NCBI GenBank assembly: GCA_039796775.1
Contig: JBDKJD010000004.1
Span: 6,103-70,102, forward strand
DNA length: 64,000 bases
Source of the DNA: Candidatus Parcubacteria bacterium
GTDB taxonomy: Bacteria > Patescibacteriota > Minisyncoccia > Phycocordibacterales > UBA5272
Direction of reading: 5' to 3'
A program made the translations under genes and the position numbers. Under the pieces are notes generated by a model that saw only the letters and a list, made by a program, of their open reading frames with translations, searched no databases and had not been told where the DNA came from. This document shows, piece by piece, positions 39,624 to 49,405 of this stretch (its first letter is position 1; each line of letters opens with the position of its first letter).

Positions 39624-40415
39624 TTAAACGTCTTTATGACTTCTCTCATTAACTAGAGGGGTATTTTTTAGTATAATAATCAAACCTCCTCGTTCATTTG
39701 TTTTGAAAGTACACTGTGATCCAGTTTCCTTTTCAAAAATTTCTAGAGCTTCTTTCACTACATTAATTCTCTCAAATTGGTTATAGGAAGATTTTGTAAT
39801 AAATGGCCTAATACGATTGTGTATCCTGTTACCGATGTGTTCCCATTCCTCTTTCGCACTGAGTGTACTCATTCTTACTTACCCGCCAACCTTAAGAGTC
39901 CTATAAGATTCTCTGAAAACATCCAGGACATCCTCTAAGGTTTTCTCTCTGGTCTCTCCATCAATTTTTGTAAGCCACTTACCCCTCTTCTGCTGAGGAA
40001 CAAGAATATGGGGCATTGATGCATGGGAAATAACTAAATCAAATGAATCATCTTTAAAAGGTAAACTTCTGGCGTCTGTAACTATACCCTGTGGGTGATT
40101 AACACCAAGTTCTTCTTGTTCTATGTCAACAGCAACAACACGAGATCCATATTTTTGCTCACAGTATTCATCAAAAAAGTGATTTGCTGAGCCCAAATCT
40201 AGAATACTTTTATTTTGTAATAATCCATCCCGTAATTCAAGGTCTCTAAAATAAAAACCTACTTCTGCTCTTGCGTCATTTAGCTTTTCTAAATTATTAC
40301 TAACCTTATATTTCTGTTGAAGAGACTCAAGTATGTCTGAATCTAAAACGGACTGAAGATTATCAATTTTATTGAGTCTTTTATACGAACCCTCTTCACT
40401 TGCTTGCCTTTCCAT
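39624..40415 (-). pseudogene. class I SAM methyltransferase with in-frame TAA at 39879-39881
   Basis: ILDLGS, DARSLPFKDDSFDLVIS, YRTLKVGG*VRMSTL continues in frame into ORF 39624-39872. Confidence 0.75.
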
Positions 40416-40442
40416 TTCCCTAGTATATCATTTCTGAAATAA

Positions 40443-41114
40443 CTAAACTTTAGAAATAGTATCTTCAAAAGAACTAGCATCATGAGAAAAATAGGCTCTT
40501 ACATACGCACCGAAAACAACACTCTCTGGGACTCCCTCCTTCTTTGCGAAATCAGAAATCATTTGAAGAGCTTCTACCCTTTCTTCTATATACCCTTTAA
40601 CAGTTCTTTGGTGGCTTGTGTGTCCAAATCGATTCAAGTCACCGCTCCTTTTTAGGTATTCTTCATACACGTAGTCTGCTATTAACTCTGTAAAACCTTC
40701 ATTTATGGGAACATTTATCTCTTTATCTTCAATCATATACTTAAACCCTGTAGTTTTTTTCTTTTTTTGATTTACTGCACATGCGTGAACATACTCATGG
40801 ATATACGTTGACAATATTCTACGATAATCTTTTTTATAGTCTTGGTCAAAAGTAAATTTGGCAGCATTAATTTTTATTTCTCTATCATTATGCCAACCAC
40901 TAGCAGATCTTGAAGCATCAAAAATAACATCTGTTTTAATAGCACCCTCAACAACAACTAAATCACTATTTGATTTTTTAAGTAGCTCATTAATTATTGA
41001 ATTAATCTGGTTAATATCAAATGAGTCGATTATTCTTTTCGTTTGATCAATTAACACCAATTCTTGCCTATTTACTCTTTGCAATCCCTGTGGCTCTTTA
41101 AATGAATTTTCCAT
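40443..41114 (-). CDS. zincin-like HExxH protein, paralogue of 36568-37401
   Basis: YIHEYVHA ... INEGFTELIADYVYEEYLKRSGD; start MENSF preceded by TATACT-N6. Confidence 0.7.
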   Translation of the reverse strand: MENSFKEPQGLQRVNRQELVLIDQTKRIIDSFDINQINSIINELLKKSNSDLVVVEGAIKTDVIFDASRSASGWHNDREIKINAAKFTFDQDYKKDYRRILSTYIHEYVHACAVNQKKKKTTGFKYMIEDKEINVPINEGFTELIADYVYEEYLKRSGDLNRFGHTSHQRTVKGYIEERVEALQMISDFAKKEGVPESVVFGAYVRAYFSHDASSFEDTISKV

Positions 41115-41221
41115 TCCGTAAGTATACCAGTTCCACCCTCCTGTGTAATTAGCGAATGGGTATGTAAACGTTGTATCCAAAAAGCCCAGAGCAAATAGGG
41201 ACTTTTTAGTTTTTATGAATT

Positions 41222-41495
41222 TGTGTGCCTTATCCAACTTTCATTCGCTGTCGCTCATTACAGTTTTGTGCCTCTCGCGCTGCTACGCTCGAAACCTACG
41301 TCCTCTCTTCGAGGACTTCGGCCACGGTTCTCAACACTCGCTTCGCTCACTGCTCTCCTCCACAGGGAAACCGCCTTACCTCACGGTACAACTTACTAGC
41401 CGTCCCCGACCCCCTTCCCACGGATAGGCACGCCAAAAGTAAAATCCCTCAGCAATGAGGGGTTTTACTTTTGGCGTACTGTCGTAGACGGGGTT
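41222..41495 (-). repeat. structured tRNA-His-related trailer element
   Basis: Hairpin at about 41430-41477, inverted tRNA-His 3' copy cggataggcacgcca (41421-41435), degenerate direct copy gtgtgccttatcc (41223-41235). Confidence 0.65.
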
Positions 41496-41535
41496 AGAAC
41501 TCAGATAACAGAGAAATAATTCACCCTACTTGGGT

Positions 41536-42786
41536 TTACGTTATATTAAAGTTTGCATTTTTAAATGTGGAATTTACTTTTTCAAAAAACTTACTCAGGT
41601 CATGTTCCTCGGCTTCTAATTCTCGCATATCAATAGTGACAACTTCATTACTCATTCCCTTTGGGTATGTATCTGGAATAACACTTCTAACCCCCGATTT
41701 CAAAAATTGATTTATTATCCACCTTATTTCTTCTGCATTATTTTCCTCAGTTTTAAAATTATAATTTACAATACTAGGATTTTCAGAAATAATTTCTTCC
41801 AAGAATTCTTCAGGGTTTCTGCTAGGTGTCACCCCTAAACTCCTAGCAAGACTGTGCCATTCGTTAATTGCTCTATTTCTTGCCTCTGCATCTTTAAGGA
41901 ATAAAATCTTTGGCAGTGGAGAAGCCCAAGTGTATTTATTTTTCTTTAAAAAATCTAGATTATCTTGATAAAGAGAAAGTTTATGTGCTTTATGTCTTAG
42001 AAGGTAAGCTAATGCTCTATAAAACCCCTTGCCCGTAACAAATACTTTTCCATCTTCCAAGACCACAGAATCTGGATTAAACAGGGTTTCACCTTTTTCA
42101 ATAAAACGAAGTTCTCCTGTCGTATTATCTTGTAAAGCATTTTCAGTATATAAAAGCTCCCCCTTATAAATTAAAGCTTGGTTGATTGTGCATTCAACTG
42201 TCTGGTAATACGCTTTCAAATACTCTTCCAGGTCTCCAACGACCCTTGTGCCAGCTATACCTGATTTATATTTATTACCCACACTCTTGTCATCCACAAC
42301 GACATCAACATCATTTATTGGTAATTCAGAATCAATCAAACGAGAATCATAATTAGGGTTACTTTGTGAAGCGTGTAACTTAAGAGCAAGTCGAGCGATT
42401 CCACCATAGATTGCAGTGTGTTCGTCACTAAAGATGTCACCGCCTTCAAAATTTCTATTTATGTAATCTTTAAATAACGAACCATCTGGCAATTCTAAAT
42501 TATCAACGGGAATACTTTGCAACTTAACATCTTTTTCAAATTCAGTATTATGTTTAAAATTATTCCTTGAAAACTCAAGTAAATGATACCTCACAGAAAG
42601 CACATCTGATTGATCTACTCCATTATTTTTCACATATTCCGACCAATTTCTAACCAAGCCTAAAAGCTCTTTTCTTTGTTCAAAAGTTAAATCCTTTGCA
42701 GTTCTAATTTCTTTAGCAACAATAAGAGCCAAATCTTCAAGTTCAGTATTTATATTTCTTACAGCTTCTGGTATTTTTTCTAACAT
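41536..42786 (-). CDS. divergent nucleotidyltransferase (CCA-adding/poly(A) polymerase head-like)
   Basis: IYGGIAR..INDVDVVV..ECTINQALI resembles GGxVRD..DxD..RDFTINA. Confidence 0.55.
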   Translation of the reverse strand: MLEKIPEAVRNINTELEDLALIVAKEIRTAKDLTFEQRKELLGLVRNWSEYVKNNGVDQSDVLSVRYHLLEFSRNNFKHNTEFEKDVKLQSIPVDNLELPDGSLFKDYINRNFEGGDIFSDEHTAIYGGIARLALKLHASQSNPNYDSRLIDSELPINDVDVVVDDKSVGNKYKSGIAGTRVVGDLEEYLKAYYQTVECTINQALIYKGELLYTENALQDNTTGELRFIEKGETLFNPDSVVLEDGKVFVTGKGFYRALAYLLRHKAHKLSLYQDNLDFLKKNKYTWASPLPKILFLKDAEARNRAINEWHSLARSLGVTPSRNPEEFLEEIISENPSIVNYNFKTEENNAEEIRWIINQFLKSGVRSVIPDTYPKGMSNEVVTIDMRELEAEEHDLSKFFEKVNSTFKNANFNIT

Positions 42787-42963
42787 TACAAAAGTATACC
42801 ATTTCCAATCTAGGTGTTTTTTGCGAAAGAGTACAAAAAATAACCGTTGATTTTACTGATTTTTCGAATTGGTGTACCCTTCGGAGTACCTCAGGACAAT
42901 CCGTTTACAACTCAAGAAGAAAATACCTCTTTCATTGAAAGAGGTATTTTCTTCTGTAAACGG

Positions 42964-43036
42964 TGTGCCTATCCGGATTTGAACCGGAACTGAGGGCTCC
43001 ACAAGCCCGCGTGCTAACCATTACACTATAGGCACC
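42964..43036 (-). tRNA. tRNA-His(GTG)
   Basis: Cloverleaf, anticodon loop TT-GTG-GA, GGTTCAAATCC; genomic G-1, A at position 73, CCA not encoded. Confidence 0.93.
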
Positions 43037-43183
43037 ATATACATTATTCGCTTCCGAATAAGGATTATACTCTAACACATATTTAATATTTTTTGAAGGG
43101 TGACACATCCTAATAATAAATGCTAGGATTACATTCTGTCGCTCTTTTGAGCTCTTTGTAAGAATTAACAAAAGGAGATCGCA

Positions 43184-43822
43184 ATGAAGATAGTTCACCT
43201 TCTCATGATTACAACAATGTTCGCTACACCTGGTTTCGCGTCTACTTTGACACCAAGAGCATGTGTCGATATTTACAGTATTTTGTGTACTGTTCATCAC
43301 GCACCCTTGCAAGATAAAGCAAATACACAGCTAGCTTCTATTCCTAGCGAAGAACCAGCTAACGAAATCCCACCACCAAGACAACACAGAAGTGTATCGG
43401 TTGGCTTTGGTGGATGGAGCGATCACCAAACCGGCAACAAGCCTAACCTGTTCAATCAAGAAAACCCAACCCTTGAGCTTGATATCTGGCTCCCTGTGAC
43501 ATTTCTCGGAGGTCAACCATTTGTTGGTGCTGGTCGTGTATTTAAAAACAGCAGAAATGGCGCCACTGATTACTTCACAATAGCTAATGAGTGGAAGCTT
43601 TTGTCAGGGAAACATGTTGACCTCTGTGGTGGTGTTGGAGCTGTGTACGCTAAGTACAGAGATGAGATGGCTAAACCAGGAAAAAGAAGAGTAGCCGAAG
43701 GAGAAGTACCCCTTCTCTACGGATGTATTGATTTCAATCACTATCTACTGCGTAATTATTCGATAAGAGTAGTTCCACTTGGGTCAAAAATAACCTATCT
43801 ACATTTGGTACGTCACTGGTGA
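43184..43822 (+). CDS. secreted protein, PagP-like beta-barrel candidate
   Basis: Signal peptide, WSDH..NQENP..FKNSR..Y pattern, alternating strands, C-terminal W; SD-led with own terminator. Confidence 0.5.
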   Translation: MKIVHLLMITTMFATPGFASTLTPRACVDIYSILCTVHHAPLQDKANTQLASIPSEEPANEIPPPRQHRSVSVGFGGWSDHQTGNKPNLFNQENPTLELDIWLPVTFLGGQPFVGAGRVFKNSRNGATDYFTIANEWKLLSGKHVDLCGGVGAVYAKYRDEMAKPGKRRVAEGEVPLLYGCIDFNHYLLRNYSIRVVPLGSKITYLHLVRHW

Positions 43823-43928
43823 ACTCATGTTCACAAAAGCCCTCGAGAATTTCTCGAGGGCTTTTAATTTTAACAAAATATAGAGAAACAAAAACTACAC
43901 TTATTAAGGTGTAGTTTTTGTATTAATG

Positions 43929-44011
43929 TGCCCAGGACTGGATTTGAACCAGCACACCTTAACGGCGCTACCACCTCAAGGTAGTGTGTCTACCAATTTC
44001 ACCACCTGGGC
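43929..44011 (-). tRNA. tRNA-Leu(GAG)
   Basis: Long variable arm, CTACC-TTGAGGT-GGTAG anticodon arm. Confidence 0.95.
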
Positions 44012-44150
44012 ATATATAATTTACTTTAAAATAAAATACTACTTTAGTCTCGTATTGTTGTATTTTATTCTTACAATTAAGTGAGGTAAGAAAATACTAT
44101 CATAAAAAACAATAAAAACAAAACAGACTTTTGGTCTGTTTTGTTTTTTA

Positions 44151-44576
44151 TTATTGTGTTTCTTCTGCCACCTCTTCAACAACTGCTTCGACTGTTGTTG
44201 TTGCCCCCTTCTTCACAACACGAGTATCTTTCTTTAACTTGCGACGCACATCACGAAGCGCTTTGTCTCTAACATAATAAAGCTTGCTTCTTCGTGTCTT
44301 GTTGCGACGGACAATTTCAATCTTATCAATAAGTGGAGAGAAGAGTGGATATACGCGCTCTACACCAACACCTGAGGCTACACGGCGGAGTGTAAATGTT
44401 GCCCCCATTTCTGTACCATGCTTACGAGCAAGGAGTATACCTTCAAAAGCTTGGAGACGTGTCTTACCGTCAGCTTCTTTAATTTTGTTCCAAACACGAA
44501 GTGTGTCCCCAGAAGAAAAATCAAGTGCTTTACGAGCTTCAATATCTACCGGCGCGAAAGAAATAGTTGTTTTCAT
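44151..44576 (-). CDS. rplS: 50S ribosomal protein L19
   Basis: GDTLRV, RLQAFEG, GVGVERVYP, RRSKLYYVRD. Confidence 0.97.
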   Translation of the reverse strand: MKTTISFAPVDIEARKALDFSSGDTLRVWNKIKEADGKTRLQAFEGILLARKHGTEMGATFTLRRVASGVGVERVYPLFSPLIDKIEIVRRNKTRRSKLYYVRDKALRDVRRKLKKDTRVVKKGATTTVEAVVEEVAEETQ

Positions 44577-44653
44577 AATAAATGCAATTAGTGGAGAATA
44601 TAGTATCACAAAAAGCGAGTATTTGCAATATCTTCTTAATATTCTCTTTTTGT

Positions 44654-45391
44654 TTAATCTTTTTTGAGAAAACCAAGCGATGTAAGACTTTCTCTCATGT
44701 CATCTGGGACAGGAGTAATAAATGTTTTCTCTTCTTGTCCTTCCATGTCTTTTGGAATAGTAATGGTGAGTGAATATGCATGAAGCATAGACCTCGGTGC
44801 TATTTTTTTGCCATCAAAAGACCCATAGAGGTCGTCACCTATAATCGGGTGTCGTATCCCTCTAAAATGGGCTCTAATCTGATGGGTTCTCCCGGTGACC
44901 GGATACACTTCTACATAACTATAAAACTTGCCTTCATGATTCACTCTTTCTAAGACTTTATACCTTGTGATAGCCTCTCTCTCCTCCCCTCTCATATCAT
45001 CAGAGAAAGGGTCAACAATAGTACGCTTGCGGAAGTCTGACTTTGCTCTCGCAAGAGGAATGCTAATCATTCCTGTATCATGCTTAATACTGCCTTCAAC
45101 TATTGCTCTATACACTTTTCTAGTTGTGTGATCATGAAATTGTTTTTTTAATGTTGTGAAAGCGATTGCATCTTTTGCCAAAATGAGAACACCGCTTGTC
45201 TCTCTATCTATTCTATGCACAACACCCTCTCTCCCCTCATCTCCAACATGTGTGACGTCATACGTTTCTTTCATCCAATCAGCAACAGTATATTCTTCTT
45301 GACGACCATCTGGGTGCACAATAATACCAACAGGCTTGTTGATGACTACAACATGAGTATTTTCAAAAATGATAGGTATAGTAAACTTCAT
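44654..45391 (-). CDS. RluA/RluD-family pseudouridine synthase
   Basis: NKPVGIIVHP, VHRIDRETSG, TGRTHQIRAH, LHAYSL. Confidence 0.95.
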   Translation of the reverse strand: MKFTIPIIFENTHVVVINKPVGIIVHPDGRQEEYTVADWMKETYDVTHVGDEGREGVVHRIDRETSGVLILAKDAIAFTTLKKQFHDHTTRKVYRAIVEGSIKHDTGMISIPLARAKSDFRKRTIVDPFSDDMRGEEREAITRYKVLERVNHEGKFYSYVEVYPVTGRTHQIRAHFRGIRHPIIGDDLYGSFDGKKIAPRSMLHAYSLTITIPKDMEGQEEKTFITPVPDDMRESLTSLGFLKKD

Positions 45392-45433
45392 GATCCTAGT
45401 AAAAAAGAGTATGAAATCATACTCTTTTTAGGG

Positions 45434-45506
45434 TGGGCGATGAGGGATTCGAACCCCCGACCTTCGCAGTGTAAATGCGCTGCTCTACCAACTGAGCTAA
45501 TCGCCC
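45434..45506 (-). tRNA. tRNA-Val(TAC)
   Basis: GGGCGATTAGCTCAGTTGGTAGAGC..TTTACAC..GGTTCGAATCC. Confidence 0.95.
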
Positions 45507-45568
45507 TTTTTCTTTTATGCAATAATACTACACTATTTTGTTTTTTTTTGCTAGTATGATAAACACTT

Positions 45569-45640
45569 GCCCTTGTAGTTAAATGGATATAACTGCGGAC
45601 TTCTAAGCCGTTATTCTAGGTTCGATTCCTAGCGAGGGCA
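45569..45640 (+). tRNA. tRNA-Arg(TCT)
   Basis: GCCCTTG/CGAGGGC acceptor, CT-TCT-AA loop, GGTTCGATTCC. Confidence 0.92.
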
Positions 45641-45695
45641 CAACAAACAAAAAAAGCATTCATTATTTCAATGAATGCTTTTGATCAGGGTTTAA

Positions 45696-46214
45696 TTAAG
45701 CTTCAACAAACATATCCCCTCGTACTACGAACTTAACTCCTTTTGTCACAGCGCACCCTTCATGCCAAACGGCGTTAGGGGTTTGAGGGAACATGATAAG
45801 CGACCCTTTTTTAGGGCGATACGTTTGTGGTTCCTCTTTTACAGATCTCTCCCAAAACCTTGTCTCTCCTCCAACGAAATCATCATTAAGGGAGATAAGC
45901 ATCGTTGTGTTTGTTTTTTGTTGTCTACTTCCATCTTTATGCGGTTTAAAAAATTGACCTGGACCATATCGAGATATTCTGAACTCGTTATGGATATAGG
46001 ACAAACGAACAAGAGAAGATAATCGTTCTCTAAGAGTACCCATTAACCACTCATCATCAAAAATTATCTGACTGTTATTTCTGATAGTTTTATTATCTTG
46101 ATAACTCCCATCTTTTTGAAGAGTTCCAATAGATGTGAACTCACAATTTTTGTAACGAGCAAGTACATTATCACACTCACTGTGTGATAAAAATTGAGGA
46201 AACAAAGTATACAT
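45696..46214 (-). CDS. 2OG-Fe(II) oxygenase (prolyl-hydroxylase-like)
   Basis: RYGPGQFFKPHKDG, LNDDFVGGET, WHEGCAVTKGVKFVVR. Confidence 0.9.
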   Translation of the reverse strand: MYTLFPQFLSHSECDNVLARYKNCEFTSIGTLQKDGSYQDNKTIRNNSQIIFDDEWLMGTLRERLSSLVRLSYIHNEFRISRYGPGQFFKPHKDGSRQQKTNTTMLISLNDDFVGGETRFWERSVKEEPQTYRPKKGSLIMFPQTPNAVWHEGCAVTKGVKFVVRGDMFVEA

Positions 46215-46269
46215 AACACCTCCTACGTACATCTATTTACAAGCCCACTCTTGTTGTTAAAAAAAGCAA

Positions 46270-46503
46270 CTATTCGTAAATAACTTCTCTCCCTAGTCTG
46301 TCTTCTAATTTTCTGCCAAGCATTCTGCGTGCATCCCCTGTGCCGCATACCAACACTTCACCGTTCCCAATTTTGTGAATGATTGAATCTAGAATGTCGT
46401 TGATTGCATGAGTGATGTCTTTTTCTATAAGCACTTTGCCGAGCGGTATAACTTCGCCGTCAAAGGTACAGTAATCTTGATGAATACAAAGATGATGCTT
46501 CAT
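46270..46503 (-). CDS. hypothetical protein
   Basis: 77-aa ORF, co-oriented with neighbours. Confidence 0.5.
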   Translation of the reverse strand: MKHHLCIHQDYCTFDGEVIPLGKVLIEKDITHAINDILDSIIHKIGNGEVLVCGTGDARRMLGRKLEDRLGREVIYE

Positions 46504-46566
46504 GGTAACAGTGTACCGTTACTAGCTACTCGTTACTAGTGGAGATCTATTGCGCGCAGAAACAAT

Positions 46567-47154
46567 TTACCCTAAAACTTTATAAAGCGTATAGAGCACT
46601 ACAAGAAAAACTGTTGCTGCCATAGCTAGTCTTGTATGCTTCTTTATAAACTCTCTAGCTTCATCTCCCCACTCATATGCCAAATATGCAACGATTGCCG
46701 CTCTCAAAAATCTCGCACAAAATGTAGCCAAAAGAACAAGCAATAAACTAGCACCGAATATTCCAGCAATAAAAGAAAAGATTCTATCTGGTAACGGTGT
46801 GAACGCTGTCATGAACTGCGCAACAAAAACATTATCACTATAAATAATTTTTGCTTTGTCCACAAAAGAAGAGATTCCAAACATATCAATCACACGTTCA
46901 CCAAATTTTTGAAATAAGATAAACCCTATGCAGTAAGTCACAAAAGCTCCGAGCGTAGAACCGAGCGCTGAGATAAAAGATAGCAATTTCCAAGAAATAT
47001 CTTTTCTATAAGAAAGAATGATAAGAATGTATGCTTCTACTAAGATAGGAGAAAAAGATTGTTCAAAAAAAGCTAGAAAAAAGGTGATCGCCTTCACTCT
47101 CTTTGATTGAGCGAGTCGAGCAATATAATGATCTGTCTTGTTGACGATGTTCAT
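46567..47154 (-). CDS. DedA/YqaA-family membrane protein
   Basis: AFFEQSFSP, GSTLGA..Y.IG, FTPLPDRIFS..AG, ARFLR. Confidence 0.88.
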   Translation of the reverse strand: MNIVNKTDHYIARLAQSKRVKAITFFLAFFEQSFSPILVEAYILIILSYRKDISWKLLSFISALGSTLGAFVTYCIGFILFQKFGERVIDMFGISSFVDKAKIIYSDNVFVAQFMTAFTPLPDRIFSFIAGIFGASLLLVLLATFCARFLRAAIVAYLAYEWGDEAREFIKKHTRLAMAATVFLVVLYTLYKVLG

Positions 47155-47528
47155 TATTTTAGACGAGTACCATTCTTAAGTGTTTGTGTAGGACTAAAAA
47201 GCGCTAGACCGTTTTCATCATTTCCCGCTACTATCATCCCTTGTGACTCATACCCTCGTAACACTCTCGGAGCTAAGTTGGTCACGAATGGGAATTGTTT
47301 GCCAAGAAGATCCTCTTGAGATTTGAACTCTCGTATTCCGGAAAGAATTTGTCGTGGTTGTTCTTCTCCTAGATCTACTTTTAGGATGTAAAGTTTATCC
47401 GCTCCTTCTACTATATCAACAGAGAGCACTTTTCCTACTCGTATCTCTACTTTTTGAAAGTCATCTATGGTAATAAAATTCTTCTTTTCTTCTAGAGTTT
47501 CTGTGTTTTTTTCTTCTGTGTTCATCAT
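47154..47528 (-). CDS. stand-alone tRNA-binding OB protein (Trbp111/MetRS C-terminal-like)
   Basis: ITIDDFQKVEIRVGKV, ADKL, RQILSGI, NLAPR, SQGMI. Confidence 0.92.
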   Translation of the reverse strand: MMNTEEKNTETLEEKKNFITIDDFQKVEIRVGKVLSVDIVEGADKLYILKVDLGEEQPRQILSGIREFKSQEDLLGKQFPFVTNLAPRVLRGYESQGMIVAGNDENGLALFSPTQTLKNGTRLK

Positions 47529-47612
47529 GTGAGTATATAAGCGCCACAGAGACTAAGCAAGAAAATACTAAATCCATTACTCTTCACTTTTTATTCCTTA
47601 ACCTTTATCCCA

Positions 47613-48077
47613 TTACCAAGAATCGTTCCCTTTCTCATCGCTACTATCTTCATCATCTTCTACAGCGTCATCTTCTTCGTATGTTCCTGGGCCATTTGTC
47701 TTATCCAAATATCGTTGAAGAGTGATAGCTGCTGCTTGATCATCAACATCATGAGAACCTTCTTTGCCTGGTTGTCTTCTCGCTTCAACAGTTGAGAACC
47801 ATTCTTTTTCGAACACCACTTTTACATCAATCGCTTCTTCTATTCTTAGACCAAAAGCTCTCGCTTCTTTTGCTATAGCATTTGGTTTGCCATGTTGATC
47901 AACGCTTTCACCGATGACAACAGTAGAGAATCTCATTTCTCTGATGAGTTCTAGAGTATCTTTTAACAATGTGGCGTCATTGGGTGACACCATAAGAGGA
48001 AATGCCAATCTCCCCTCATCGTCAGATTGAGCAAAGCCGACTTTCTTTGAACCATAATCAATGCCTAAATATTTCAT
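47613..48077 (-). CDS. ruvX: pre-16S rRNA nuclease / YqgF resolvase-like
   Basis: LGIDYGSKKVGFA.SD, EWFST, VDDQAAAITLQRYLD. Confidence 0.92.
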   Translation of the reverse strand: MKYLGIDYGSKKVGFAQSDDEGRLAFPLMVSPNDATLLKDTLELIREMRFSTVVIGESVDQHGKPNAIAKEARAFGLRIEEAIDVKVVFEKEWFSTVEARRQPGKEGSHDVDDQAAAITLQRYLDKTNGPGTYEEDDAVEDDEDSSDEKGNDSW

Positions 48078-48406
48078 AACGATAGTGTATAGCGATTAGT
48101 CTTTGGTGACTAGTGGACACCATCTTATGTAACTGGGTGTAATTATTTACACAATAAGAACTCTTTCTCTTTACTTCTGTCTTTGCTTCTAAACTTTTCA
48201 TCACTTAGTACATGTATTCTTTGGTACATGAGTAGTAGGGAATGGGGGGTTGAAAGAGGTCTCTTGCGGAATCATGATTTTGTAGAGGGGAATGCAAAAC
48301 AGACGACGCTTCGTGCCGACCATATTTTGGGCGGGAATTTGAATTCCGAATTTTGGCGGGGATTGTGGGACGAAGTTGGAACACTTTTAACAAAACAAAA
48401 GGTTTG

Positions 48407-49110
48407 TTAACCAACAACTTTTTCATAATAGTCTGGTACTAGCCTTTTTAAAAATAGAAGAAGCAGTTCACCAGTTTTCTGTGTAAGCAATTCTTCCTCT
48501 GAAAACATTGTGTTTGATAATTCTTCACCTAGTACATCTCTTATTTGTGCTTCATCTGTAAAGTATATAGCACTCGTGAGATGACAACCAGTTCTATTGT
48601 CTTCAAGAAATTTATTTCCAGATGCCCCATGAACTGTAACGTCTAGTATTAAAACCTGCCCACCCTTCAAAGTGCTTTTCCTTAATGTATATTTTGATGA
48701 ATTTTTTGGATAAGGAAAATCAAGACATCTCTCAACATCTAGGTCATCGATAGTAACCATGCTTTGAGTATCTTTATTCCACCCTGCAGAAACTTGACCC
48801 TTGGTTGGAGCTCCCTCTCTGTTGAGGATATTACCTGTTCCATTTATCAAAACATGAACTCTTGGATCCTGCAAAATTCTTTTATAAGACTCTTCAACAG
48901 GAGAAAGGGCTTCTTGTTTATTTTCTGGGGCAATATTGGTTTTAACATCTCTAGCTTTTAAATGTTCATCTTTTGTCACTTCATACCTTGAAGTTTTTTT
49001 AGCTAAAGAAAGAAAATCTTCAGCATCTTTCTTACCTTCACCCCTTGACTCCGTAACTCTTTTAAATCTTTTGCAAGACCATTTCTATAATTATTAGGTG
49101 ATTGTTCCAT
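48407..49110 (-). pseudogene. hypothetical protein with frameshift in a G-run (49041-49044)
   Basis: MEQSPNNYRNGLAKDLKELRSQG then shift to GEGKKDAEDF..EVTKDEHL, which runs into the 190-aa ORF. Confidence 0.6.
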
Positions 49111-49237
49111 GGACTTAATAATAACACAAATTATAGTCAGTACTTCTTGACTCCTTGTAAAACAAGTGTTTTTAGAGTAGTATCCCCCTTATGAACCCCT
49201 TTAGTGTTGATCTTCTCAAAGTTCTCAAGCTTCTCAA

Positions 49238-49400
49238 GTAGGAGGCGGTGAGATTCGCTCACAAATCTGCCTCGTCACGTTGTTCCTCGAAGCAGATTCG
49301 CGACCCCTATTCTCATCTCACGCAAACCACGCAGGTGGTTTGCTACTGCGCCTCGCTTGTGAATAAAAAACCCAGTAACTACTGGGTTTTTTATTCAAGC
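49238..49400 (-). repeat. tRNA-Ser trailer element displaced by the island
   Basis: ggaggcggtgagattcg matches tRNA-Ser ggaggaggtgagattcg; core homologous to 58096-58262. Confidence 0.75.
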
Positions 49401-49405
49401 GGCAA

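Noticed and set aside
18619-39881. Genome-wide stop-codon reassignment (TAG/TAA to Gln, or TGA to Gly)
   Set aside because: Conserved genes end normally at TAG (rpsF, dut), TAA (ssb, nusG) and TGA (argS, mutM) at expected lengths
42932-45559. ORFs 42932-43312 and 45215-45559
   Set aside because: They overlap tRNA genes and real CDSs; spurious
48183-48426. 75-aa and 73-aa ORFs
   Set aside because: Weak starts; WRGLWDEVGT coincides with the tRNA-like scar and is better read as a site or recombinase-end remnant
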